This document shows positions 34,959 to 43,618 of a DNA stretch of 43,618 bases, in pieces. A program made the translations under genes and the position numbers. The notes under the pieces are model-generated. The model searched no databases, was not told the origin of the DNA, and saw nothing but the letters and a program-made list of their open reading frames with translations. The stretch lies in sequence record SRR31156797_8979. One strand, 5' to 3'. The stretch's first letter is position 1. The number at the start of each line of letters is the position of its first letter.

Positions 34959-36857
34959 ATGACTGCCCAGACAGAAAAATTCGAATTCAAAGCTGAAGTT
35001 AACCAGCTGCTGGACATCCTGGTCCACTCTCTCTACACCAACCGCGAAATTTTCCTGCGCGAACTGGTTTCAAACGCATCCGATGCCCTCGATAAAATGC
35101 GTTTCGCCATCAACAGCAATCCCGAGCTGGAAGATGAAGTAGAACCTGAAATCCTCATCGCCTACGACGAAGAGAATAAGACCGTAACCGTGACTGATAC
35201 CGGTATCGGCATGACCCGCGAAGAAGTCATGGCCAACATCGGCACCATCGCCCATTCCGGTTCTGCTGAATTCGTCAAGCAGGCTGCTGAATCCAAGGAA
35301 AGCCTTGATTCCCTTATCGGCCGTTTCGGTGTCGGCTTCTACTCCATTTTCATGGTTTCAGACCACGTTGTTGTACGCACCAAATCTTACCAGAAAGACG
35401 AACCTGCGATTCAGTGGGTTTCCGACGGCAAGAATGCTTACGAAATGACTGAAATTGAAGCTGAAATGGACCACGGAACCATCATTGAAATCCAGCTCAA
35501 CGATGACAATGCCGAACGTTTCGATTCCGACGACAAACTCAAAGAAATCGTCAAACGCCACTCCAACTTCGTATCTTTCCCGATCATGATCGGCGGCGAA
35601 CGCGTTAACACCGTATCCGCACTCTGGCGTGAACCCAAATTCCAGATCAAACAGGAACAGTACGACGAGTTCTACAAATTCCTGACATACGATGTGCAGC
35701 CTCCCATCGATACCCTGCACTTTTCCGTAGATGCTCCGGTACAGTTCAACTCCCTGCTCTTCATCCCCGAAAAGGACCTCGATATCTTCGGCATGGATCG
35801 CGACAACTGGGGCCTAGACCTCTACGTACGCCGTGTGCTCATTGAAAAGCAGAACAAGAACCTGCTCCCCGAATACCTGAGCTTCATCAAGGGGGTAGTC
35901 GATACTGAAGACCTGCCCCTGAACATCTCCCGCGAAACCCTGCAGGACAATCTGCTCATCGGCAAGATCAGCGCAACCCTGACCAAGCAGGTTCTGGGAC
36001 AGCTGGAAAAACTCGCCAAGGACGACGCCGAGAAGTACGCAAAATTCTGGAAAGCACACTCCAAGATTTTCAAAGCCGGACACATGGACTTCGTCAACCG
36101 TGACAAGTTTGCCAACCTGCTCCGCTTTGACTCCTCCAAGGCCGAAGATGAAACTCTGGTATCCTTTGCGGACTACATCGAACGCGCGAAGGAAGACCAG
36201 AAGGAAATCTACTACTCAGTAGTTGCCAGCCGCGAGGCCGCGAACCTCAACCCGCACCTGGAAATCTTCCGCAACAAGGATATCGAAGTACTTTACCTCT
36301 ATGAACCCATCGACGAATTTGTCATGGAATCCATTCGTGAGCACGAAGGTTTCAACTTTGTAGCCGCCGAGTACGCCGACCTTGAAAAGCTGGATAAATT
36401 CGAATCCGCTAAAAAGGAAGACGAACCGGAACCGCTTTCCGAAGAACAGGAAAAGGACATGGATGCGCTCATCGCCAAGATGAAAGAAGTCCTCGGCGGG
36501 CAGGTTGCTGAAGTAAAGGTTTCCGAAAGACTTTCCGATTCCCCCTGCCGTCTGGTCAACCCGGACGGAGCCATGACTTCTTCCATGGAAAAACTGATGA
36601 AAGCCATGAACAAAGACAGCTCCATCCCCACTAAGACCATGGAAGTAAACGCCGGTCATCCGCTGCTGCGTTCCATGCTGGAAATCTTCAAGGTTAACCC
36701 GGAAGACGAATTCATCGCCCTTTCATCCAACCAGCTGTTGGAATCCGCCCTGCTGCTGGAAGGCTACCTCAACGACCCCCACGCCCTTGTGGGCCGCATT
36801 CAAAGCCTGCTGACCAAGGCTGGCGGCTGGTATGCCGAACTGGAAAAGAAAGACTAG
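34959..36857 (+). CDS. htpG: Chaperone HtpG (Hsp90)
   Basis: FLRELVSNASDA, DTGIGMT, IGRFGVGFYS and DLPLNISRETLQ. Confidence 0.99.
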   Translation: MTAQTEKFEFKAEVNQLLDILVHSLYTNREIFLRELVSNASDALDKMRFAINSNPELEDEVEPEILIAYDEENKTVTVTDTGIGMTREEVMANIGTIAHSGSAEFVKQAAESKESLDSLIGRFGVGFYSIFMVSDHVVVRTKSYQKDEPAIQWVSDGKNAYEMTEIEAEMDHGTIIEIQLNDDNAERFDSDDKLKEIVKRHSNFVSFPIMIGGERVNTVSALWREPKFQIKQEQYDEFYKFLTYDVQPPIDTLHFSVDAPVQFNSLLFIPEKDLDIFGMDRDNWGLDLYVRRVLIEKQNKNLLPEYLSFIKGVVDTEDLPLNISRETLQDNLLIGKISATLTKQVLGQLEKLAKDDAEKYAKFWKAHSKIFKAGHMDFVNRDKFANLLRFDSSKAEDETLVSFADYIERAKEDQKEIYYSVVASREAANLNPHLEIFRNKDIEVLYLYEPIDEFVMESIREHEGFNFVAAEYADLEKLDKFESAKKEDEPEPLSEEQEKDMDALIAKMKEVLGGQVAEVKVSERLSDSPCRLVNPDGAMTSSMEKLMKAMNKDSSIPTKTMEVNAGHPLLRSMLEIFKVNPEDEFIALSSNQLLESALLLEGYLNDPHALVGRIQSLLTKAGGWYAELEKKD

Positions 36858-36881
36858 TAATATATTATAAAAAAGTGCATC

Positions 36882-36917
36882 AAATCCCCGGCAGAAACTT
36901 TCTGCCGGGGATTTTTT
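36882..36917 (+). terminator. Intrinsic terminator after htpG
   Basis: AAATCCCCGGCAGAAA/TTTCTGCCGGGGATTT inverted repeat plus T-tract. Confidence 0.92.
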
Positions 36918-37031
36918 AATTTATTTTAAATCAATGTTGCTGACAGCCCCTGCTTAAGATAAAATATATGAGACAGACTCAGCTCTAAGCTGAGGGACAA
37001 ACTCTTCCAGCCTCGCAATTTGGAGAACAAC

Positions 37032-37397
37032 ATGAACGTAACAGATGCCCCTGAACGCTTTGACCTGCAAAGTGCGCTGGATAGATTCTCAGGTGATTTT
37101 GAACTATTGGAAGAAGCCATTGCAATATTTACAGAAGAAGCGGTGAAACACCTTGAGGCAATCAAAACAAACATTGAACAAGGCAATCTGAAAGCAGCCT
37201 CCGCAAGCTCTCACACACTGAAAAGTGAATGTGGTGCTGTTGGAGCAGCTTTGGCTTTTTCGCTGAGCTATGCCTTGGAAAAAGAGGCGGCAAAAGGAGA
37301 TATTGAGCAATCTATGGAAATTTTTCCCCAATTGGAAAAAGAAATTGCGCTAGCTATCAGGCTTCTTCCTGAAACAAGCAGCCAGCTAAATTTATAA
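37032..37397 (+). CDS. Stand-alone Hpt protein
   Basis: FDLQSALDRFSGD...SHTLKSECGAVGA...LE; ATG with GGAG SD. Confidence 0.9.
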   Translation: MNVTDAPERFDLQSALDRFSGDFELLEEAIAIFTEEAVKHLEAIKTNIEQGNLKAASASSHTLKSECGAVGAALAFSLSYALEKEAAKGDIEQSMEIFPQLEKEIALAIRLLPETSSQLNL

Positions 37398-37492
37398 CAG
37401 AATTAATTATTGCCCACTTAATACACACACTGCTTTCTTTTTAAATCTGCTTGAGGTAGACAGAATAAAACTCCCCTAAGCACCTAATTATT

Positions 37493-37858
37493 ATGAAAAC
37501 TATTTTGATCGTCGACGACGACCCTAAGATGCTTGAACTGCTCAAGCACTATCTCAGAAAAGAAGAGGTCACCGCTCTCTCCGCAACAGATGGAGAGAAG
37601 GGACTTTCTTTGTTTGAATGCAATCCGGTTGATCTGGTCATCATTGACATTTTCATGCCCAACATGGACGGCATCCAGACCATCATGGAGTTGAAGCAGA
37701 AAAAACCCGAATGCAGCATTCTGGTTATTTCCGGGGGCGGTGAATTTACCGGGCTTGAATACCTGAAGCAGGCCAAAGCCCTAGGCGCTAAAGAAGCACT
37801 GGTAAAACCGTTCACCCAGAAAGATTTCCTGAGCACAATACGCTCTATGCTGAATTAA
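37493..37858 (+). CDS. Single-domain response regulator
   Basis: ILIVDDD, IIDIFMPNMDG, ISGGG and VKPF. Confidence 0.94.
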   Translation: MKTILIVDDDPKMLELLKHYLRKEEVTALSATDGEKGLSLFECNPVDLVIIDIFMPNMDGIQTIMELKQKKPECSILVISGGGEFTGLEYLKQAKALGAKEALVKPFTQKDFLSTIRSMLN

Positions 37859-37880
37859 TCGCCAGGGTTGCCGGAAGGAT

Positions 37881-38507
37881 CTATCTTCTTGAACAGGCCA
37901 GACTTACTCCAAGCCCCACAAAAGTAGTTCCCAAAACTTTATTTATATACCGGCATACAGCTGTTCCCTTAATAATTTCCTTTATCTTTTCGCCGCCACA
38001 GGCGTAGATCATCATGCACCCGAAAGCAATTAAGGTAAGCAGGATAAGCAGTGTAGTAAAATGCTGTAAGGACGCCTGTCCACTGCTGATAAATTGGGGA
38101 AACAAAGCACTGAAAAACACAATTGCCTTTGGGTTCCCGGCCGCGACCCAAAACCCCTGTAAAAACAACTTTCGATTTGAAGTATTCATACCGGCATCAA
38201 CGCTATCCTCTTCGAAAGAAAAATCACCGGATAAAAGAACTCCGACACCAAGCCACAACAGATAAGCGGCTCCGGCATACTTAACCAATATAAAAGCTGT
38301 TTCTGAAGCTGCCAGCAAAGCTCCAAGTCCGGCTATGGAAACAACAGCCTGTAGAAATGAAGCAGCAGAATTGCCTAAAGCAGTAGCAATTGCCCTTTTG
38401 GCTCCATATTTAATCCCATGAGTCAAAGCCAAGATCATGCTTGGTCCCGGGATTATAGAAGCCAGAAAAACCGTAAGTACATATACTCCCCAATACTCAA
38501 CTGACAT
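37881..38507 (-). CDS. LysE/RhtB-family amino-acid exporter
   Basis: IIPGP, KYAGAAYLLWLG and NPKAIVFFSALFPQF. Confidence 0.94.
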   Translation of the reverse strand: MSVEYWGVYVLTVFLASIIPGPSMILALTHGIKYGAKRAIATALGNSAASFLQAVVSIAGLGALLAASETAFILVKYAGAAYLLWLGVGVLLSGDFSFEEDSVDAGMNTSNRKLFLQGFWVAAGNPKAIVFFSALFPQFISSGQASLQHFTTLLILLTLIAFGCMMIYACGGEKIKEIIKGTAVCRYINKVLGTTFVGLGVSLACSRR

Positions 38508-38522
38508 GGGTCCTACTCCTTC

Positions 38523-38561
38523 AAAAAAACAAGGCCGTGCTCGAAAGTCGAACACGGCCTT
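38523..38561 (-). terminator. Intrinsic terminator after purE
   Basis: AAGGCCGTG/CACGGCCTT stem plus T-tract. Confidence 0.85.
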
Positions 38562-38585
38562 TAGATATTATCTACATTGAAACTA

Positions 38586-39077
38586 CTAGCCTTCCAGCTC
38601 AGCTGCGGCCTTTTCTACAGAATCAATGAATCCCTGACGGGCTTCCCTAATCTTTCCGGACAGCTCATCGTCATGCAGAGCCAGAATCTGGGCGGCCATC
38701 CATGCGGAGTTCTTAGCGCCGACCTTATCAAGGGCAACTGTTCCTACGGGGAATCCCGGAGGCATCTGCACGGTTGCCAGCAGGGCATCCATACCGCCGA
38801 GGGCAGAGCCGCAAATAGGCACACCCAAAACAGGACGGATAGTTTTAGCGGCCACAGCACCGGCCAAGTGCGCGGCAAGACCTGCAGCGCAGATGAAGAT
38901 TTCACAACCGTTATCTTCCAGTTCCTTGACCAGTTTCGCAGTCCTTTCCGGAGTACGGTGGGCAGAGGAAACAGTGAAAACGTGGGGAATACCAAGCTTG
39001 GTCAACAGATCGGAGCAAGGCTGCATTGTATCCTTATCCGAAATGGACCCCATGAAAATAGCTACTTTTGCACTCAT
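38586..39077 (-). CDS. purE: N5-carboxyaminoimidazole ribonucleotide mutase
   Basis: MGSISD, SAHRTP, AGLAAHL, PVLGVP and QMPPG; ATGA overlap with the purD stop. Confidence 0.97.
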   Translation of the reverse strand: MSAKVAIFMGSISDKDTMQPCSDLLTKLGIPHVFTVSSAHRTPERTAKLVKELEDNGCEIFICAAGLAAHLAGAVAAKTIRPVLGVPICGSALGGMDALLATVQMPPGFPVGTVALDKVGAKNSAWMAAQILALHDDELSGKIREARQGFIDSVEKAAAELEG

Positions 39078-40345
39078 TTTTTAAGACCCTTGTCACCTAT
39101 GTCGCGACGGAAGTAAGCTTTGTCAAAGCTGAGTTTTTCAACAGCTTCGTAAGCCTTTTTCTGAGCTGCTCCGAGATCCGCCCCCAGAGCGGTAACACCC
39201 AGCACGCGTCCGCCGCTGGTTAATGTTTTACCCTCTTCATACTTTGTCCCGGCCTGAAAGACCTTGACGCCTTCAATCTTTTCAGCTTCCTCGAAACCAG
39301 TAATCTCCGCTCCCTTATCGTAGGAACCGGGATATCCACCAGCAGCCATGACCACACAAAGGGTGGTCTCTTCTTTGAGCTTAACTTCCACTTCAGGGAG
39401 GCGGTTCTCAACGCAGGCCAGCATGATTTCGACCAGATCACAATCCAGACGCATCAAGAGCGGCTGGCATTCGGGGTCGCCGAAACGAACATTGTATTCA
39501 AGAACGGAAGGACCGTTTTCAGTGTACATGAGTCCGGCATAAAGGATGCCGGTGAAAGGCTCACCGCGTTCGGCAAGCAGCTTGAGAATGGGTTTGATGA
39601 CCAGTTCAGCGGTCTCAGCATATTTGTCGCGGGGCAGGATGGGGGCCGGGCTGTATGCGCCCATGCCTCCGGTATTAGGCCCGGTATCACCTTCACCCAC
39701 GGCTTTGTGGTCCTGTGCAGAAGGCAGCAGAGCGTAATCTTCACCGGCACAGAAAGCGAGAAAGGAAGCTTCTTCACCCTTGAGAGCTTCTTCCACAACA
39801 ACACGCTCACCGGCAGTGCCGAAGCTTCTTTTCACCATCATGTCGTCAAGAGCCTCAAGAGCCTCTTCAACGGTTCCGGCCACAACAACACCTTTACCTG
39901 CGGCAAGGCCGTCAGCCTTGACCACGATAGGTGCGCCTTTCTCTTCTACAAACTTCTTAGCTTGTTCATATTCATCAAAAACCTGGAAAGGGGCGGTGGG
40001 GACACCGGAATCACGCATAGTGATCTTGGAAAAGGCCTTGCTACCTTCGAGATTTGCTGCGTATGCGCCCGGTCCGAAGCAAGGGATACCTTCTTTGGCG
40101 AGGGCTTCTTTAATGCCCAGTACAAGGGGCAGTTCCGGGCCTGCCACAACAAGATCAATCTTGTTTTCTTTGGCAAATTTGACCAGTCCGGGCAGGTCGT
40201 CATCCTTGATGGGCACATTGGTGCCGTGCAGACGGGTACCGCCGTTACCGGGTGCGATAAAAATTTCAGAAACCTTGGAACTCTGGCTGATCTTCCAAGC
40301 CAGAGCGTGTTCTCTTCCGCCTGAACCTACAACAAGTATTTTCAT
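39074..40345 (-). CDS. purD: Phosphoribosylamine-glycine ligase
   Basis: GSGGREHAL, LEGSKAF, KADGLAAGKGV, QDHK, NTGGMG, RFGDPE and GGRVL. Confidence 0.98.
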   Translation of the reverse strand: MKILVVGSGGREHALAWKISQSSKVSEIFIAPGNGGTRLHGTNVPIKDDDLPGLVKFAKENKIDLVVAGPELPLVLGIKEALAKEGIPCFGPGAYAANLEGSKAFSKITMRDSGVPTAPFQVFDEYEQAKKFVEEKGAPIVVKADGLAAGKGVVVAGTVEEALEALDDMMVKRSFGTAGERVVVEEALKGEEASFLAFCAGEDYALLPSAQDHKAVGEGDTGPNTGGMGAYSPAPILPRDKYAETAELVIKPILKLLAERGEPFTGILYAGLMYTENGPSVLEYNVRFGDPECQPLLMRLDCDLVEIMLACVENRLPEVEVKLKEETTLCVVMAAGGYPGSYDKGAEITGFEEAEKIEGVKVFQAGTKYEEGKTLTSGGRVLGVTALGADLGAAQKKAYEAVEKLSFDKAYFRRDIGDKGLKK

Positions 40346-40624
40346 GAAATAATTCCTCTTGGGATTGAGCTGAAGTGACCTGTGGGTATTTTTGCCCCAA
40401 ACTGTTAGTTTGGCAGCAAGCATCACTTAGATAAATATTGCAGATTTGGCAAGAAAATGCGTACGCCTGAAATAATTATCTGCCCTTTTTCACAAAAGCA
40501 GAAAGCCCTTTCCGCCCAATCAGCATTGCCCAGTTTAAACTCAATGAGTATACCACCAAGACCAGCCATGCGTCCACCAAAGACGCCCATCCCCCACTAC
40601 TCGCAATGGCTACAAGTCATCCCT

Positions 40625-40650
40625 AAAAAGTGAACCCATTCTCACTTTTT
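40625..40650 (-). terminator. Possible terminator after glnD
   Basis: AAAAAGTGA/TCACTTTTT inverted repeat just past the stop codon; AT-rich and weak. Confidence 0.5.
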
Positions 40651-40665
40651 AAAATATTAAACAAA

Positions 40666-43215
40666 TTAACCCGTTCCGATAAGAGTATATTCAAGAGCAC
40701 TGACCAGTTCCCGCAAATGGGTATGATCTTCGATCCTGCCTCCCTCGTCCCCTTCAACATGAAAGACATCAAAGACAGACTGCCCGGTGGTTGAAATGCG
40801 GGCCATGCGCAGGTTGATATTCATACGCGAAAAAAAAGCGGCCATATCGTAGAGGATGCCGGAACGGTCCTGAGTAATAACTTCAATGAGGGTGCATTCT
40901 GTACTGGATTCATTGTCAATACTGATCCGGGTAGGCACCCTGCAAGGAACGGTTCTACCCAGAAGAGAACTGCGTTTCTTATGCAAGCGGTAGTCAAGGG
41001 CCAATCTTCCGGTGAGTGCATACATAATGGACCGCTCCACCCTGCCCCAAAGATCGGCAGGACAGTTTCCGGACGGAGCTTCCACAGTAAAAATATTCAC
41101 CGCAGTCCCGTCGGACCATGAAAAGATTTCAGCCGAAAGGATATTCACCGAATGTAAAGCCAGCACCCCGCTTTGGGCAGCAAAGAGAAAATCCTGATCC
41201 TTAGCGGTTATGACCAGCTTGAGACGCTTCTCGTCTTCGGTTTCAAAAACCCGGACCAGACTCAACCCAAGCCCGCCCTTGCCGGAAGGTTTGCGCACCA
41301 TATCCCGCTCATAAGCCCGGTTGAATTCCAGAACTTGCTGCATATGGAGCACAATCTCATCCGGGTCCTCGACCAGCAGATAACGTTCGGGCATGCTGCC
41401 GATCAAAGATTCCACCAAAAGGGAATCAATAATCCCCTCAGCGCGCTCACGAATGCGGCTCATGGTTTCGCCAAGCTGCTCACCGGAATCAATTTCAGCA
41501 AATGATTCATCAGTAAGAACCAGCTCCAAACCTGCATAAATTTCCCGCAACAAGGATTCGCTCCAGGAATTCCAGACCCTTGGTCCGGTAGCCATGGAGT
41601 CAGCCATGGAGAGGATAAAAAGCATGCGTAGCCGGCGCAGGGAACCGACCTTCTCTGCAATTTTCTGCAAGGCTTCTACAGAACTGAGGTCTATGGAACG
41701 TGAAGAGCGAATTAAAAGCAGGTGTTCGCGAACCAAAAAAACGACATCATCCTTAAAACGGGCAGAAAAATCAGTACGCGAAAGGATCTCCTCCGCAATA
41801 ACAGCCCCGCGCTCACTGTGGTTACACTTCCCTTTGCCGACATCATGAAAGAATGCACCAAGAAGCAAAGCATCAAAATCTGAAGGGGAAATACATTTTC
41901 CACCTTCGGAGAATTCATTACGAAAAATATCGCAACACTTATGAACCGCAAGCAAAGAATGCCTGCCCGGAAGATACTGATGATAGCCATCATAGGGAAC
42001 GAGATCGGAAACCTTGGAAAATTCCGGAAGGAAAGACTGAAACACCCCACTATCAAGCATCTCCACCGAGGCACGCCAACCAAACTCACCCTTGAAAATA
42101 TCAATGAGCATTTTCAGGGAGCGGGTCAAACTGATCCCGCTCGCGGAATAAATAGCGGAAACTGTACGCCGAGCCTCACGGGTCAGAGGGGCTCCGGTAC
42201 GGGACTTAATGCCAAAAACTTCCAACCCGGCTTCAAGTTCGGACCTCTGACCGACAATTGGCCGATGATCTATAAAAAAACGAGAATCTGCGTCAAATGA
42301 TTCCCGGTAGAGGGCATCACCCATGGAGCGAACACGAATCATGGCCTTATGAATTGTAGTAAGCAGATCATTGCCGCGCTTTGCCGGGTCGTACCCCTTA
42401 ACTCCACAGAGCGATGCAACGTCCGGCAGAATCTCAATGATCAGCTTATCCTGCTTACGCTTACGCAAAAGATGAACTGCTGAGCGAGCCTGCATGAGCA
42501 GAGCTTCATCTCTGCAGAGATCAATCAAATCGGCTTTGTTCAAGGGGAAGTAATCCCCTTTGATGTCAGCACACCAGCGGATGAACTGCACATCGCGCAA
42601 AGTTCCCCATCCGTTCTTCAACTCCGGCTCGAGGACTACAGAATCCATCCCCTTACCGATCTTAGAACGGTTCTCCCAAAGAATACGACAAAATTCTTCA
42701 CCTGCAGCGGGAAGCACTTTTTCCCTGAATTCGTTGGAAAGCCGCCTGAACGATTCCTCACGTCCGGCAATGAAACGTAAATCCAACAGCGAAGCCAGAA
42801 CCTTGAAATCAGACTTTGCCAGCTCAAGATTCTGCTCCACAGTACGTACACCATGACCAACATCGAATTTAAGATCCCAAAGAGGATGAAAAAGAAAAGA
42901 AGCCAAATCATCAAGATCCTCCTCTGCCGAAAGATCAGTGAGAATCAGGACATCAATATCTGAAAACGGAGCCAGCTGTCCGCGCCCGTAGCCACCCACT
43001 GCCACGATGGAAAGGTCATCATATGAAGAAAGGATTCCCTCGGAAACAGCTTCCCTGACCCTTGCTTTGAAATACTCATCCACCAAAGCGCAAAGCTGCT
43101 GCGGAAAATCCCGCGGCATGCTCTTAGAACATGCCGCAAGGAGTATTTCACGTCTCGCCAACAACCTGTCTATGGAAGTATCCGGGGGCGATCCGGGGGG
43201 ATTTTCAGCATTCAT
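40666..43215 (-). CDS. glnD: [Protein-PII] uridylyltransferase/uridylyl-removing enzyme
   Basis: AVGGYGR...PFSDID nucleotidyltransferase motif, HDVGKG HD domain and two ACT domains (DRSGIL); starts immediately after the glnB stop. Confidence 0.95.
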   Translation of the reverse strand: MNAENPPGSPPDTSIDRLLARREILLAACSKSMPRDFPQQLCALVDEYFKARVREAVSEGILSSYDDLSIVAVGGYGRGQLAPFSDIDVLILTDLSAEEDLDDLASFLFHPLWDLKFDVGHGVRTVEQNLELAKSDFKVLASLLDLRFIAGREESFRRLSNEFREKVLPAAGEEFCRILWENRSKIGKGMDSVVLEPELKNGWGTLRDVQFIRWCADIKGDYFPLNKADLIDLCRDEALLMQARSAVHLLRKRKQDKLIIEILPDVASLCGVKGYDPAKRGNDLLTTIHKAMIRVRSMGDALYRESFDADSRFFIDHRPIVGQRSELEAGLEVFGIKSRTGAPLTREARRTVSAIYSASGISLTRSLKMLIDIFKGEFGWRASVEMLDSGVFQSFLPEFSKVSDLVPYDGYHQYLPGRHSLLAVHKCCDIFRNEFSEGGKCISPSDFDALLLGAFFHDVGKGKCNHSERGAVIAEEILSRTDFSARFKDDVVFLVREHLLLIRSSRSIDLSSVEALQKIAEKVGSLRRLRMLFILSMADSMATGPRVWNSWSESLLREIYAGLELVLTDESFAEIDSGEQLGETMSRIRERAEGIIDSLLVESLIGSMPERYLLVEDPDEIVLHMQQVLEFNRAYERDMVRKPSGKGGLGLSLVRVFETEDEKRLKLVITAKDQDFLFAAQSGVLALHSVNILSAEIFSWSDGTAVNIFTVEAPSGNCPADLWGRVERSIMYALTGRLALDYRLHKKRSSLLGRTVPCRVPTRISIDNESSTECTLIEVITQDRSGILYDMAAFFSRMNINLRMARISTTGQSVFDVFHVEGDEGGRIEDHTHLRELVSALEYTLIGTG

Positions 43216-43554
43216 TTAGATGGCATCCGGTCCGGTCTCGCCGGTACGGATGCGCACCACTTCTTCAACCGGAATAACGAATATTTTACCATCCCCTACC
43301 TTTCCGGTCTTGGCAGCTTCACTAACTGCGTCGATAACTTCGGAAACCCGTTCAGCATCAACCACAATCTCAATCTTGGTCTTGGCAATGAAATCAACCT
43401 GATACTCGGCACCACGGTAAACTTCCTTGTGCCCGCCCTGACGCCCGAAACCTTTGACATCAGTAACGGTCATACCCTTGAGGCCGAGAGCGGCAATGGC
43501 TTCCTTCACATCATCAACCTTAAAAGGCCGTACAATTATTTCAATTTTTCTCAT
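43216..43554 (-). CDS. glnB: Nitrogen regulatory protein P-II
   Basis: GFGRQGG, YRGAEY with Tyr51, [10 protein letters not shown] and RIRTGE. Confidence 0.95.
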   Translation of the reverse strand: MRKIEIIVRPFKVDDVKEAIAALGLKGMTVTDVKGFGRQGGHKEVYRGAEYQVDFIAKTKIEIVVDAERVSEVIDAVSEAAKTGKVGDGKIFVIPVEEVVRIRTGETGPDAI

Positions 43555-43591
43555 TGGAATCATCCTATATTAAAAGATCAAACTAACCATT

Positions 43592-43618
43592 AGGGATTCC
43601 AAAGGGGCTTAGCTCCTT
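43592..43618. repeat. Truncated REP-like palindromic unit at the window edge
   Basis: GGGATTCC followed by an AAAGGGGC-TTA-GCTCCTT hairpin. The hairpin-plus-GAATCCC layout also occurs at 28028-28063 in the opposite orientation. Confidence 0.4.

Noticed and set aside
40346..40620. Possible purine or ZTP riboswitch upstream of purD
   Set aside because: Only short hairpins; I could not find the conserved cores of either class by eye. An Infernal scan would settle it.

Overview
A 43.6-kb stretch of core bacterial chromosome. Gene content and style suggest a sulfate-reducing Desulfovibrionaceae member, probably Maridesulfovibrio-like (inference only). Housekeeping genes are rpsA (partial, missing from the ORF track), pstB-phoU, glgP, ald, a DEAD-box helicase, an aminotransferase, uvrA, folD, eno, coaX, htpG, purD-purE and glnB-glnD. 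Between them sit many signalling and envelope genes: MucR, an orphan PomB/MotB, a PAS kinase with a CheY-like receiver, a REC-PP2C-like protein, a ColRS-like pair, STAS, CheD, two Hpt proteins and an HD-GYP protein. I found no rRNA, tRNA, CRISPR array, prophage or transposase. The strongest leads are: (1) a ColRS-like system with a shared 11-bp-period box upstream of its own operon and of an adjacent unknown outer-membrane beta-barrel; (2) a DsbA/ScsC-fold protein whose CXXC has become SXXS through AGY codons, in a STAS/CheD/exported acetolactate decarboxylase/Hpt cluster; (3) an exported tautomerase/MIF-like protein whose putative catalytic Pro lies behind an Asp-Pro bond; (4) a highly structured rpsA leader of about 200 nt; (5) a multi-hairpin element upstream of uvrA; (6) a four-unit PHO-box-like array. 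All calls come from motif recognition by eye; no searches were run.
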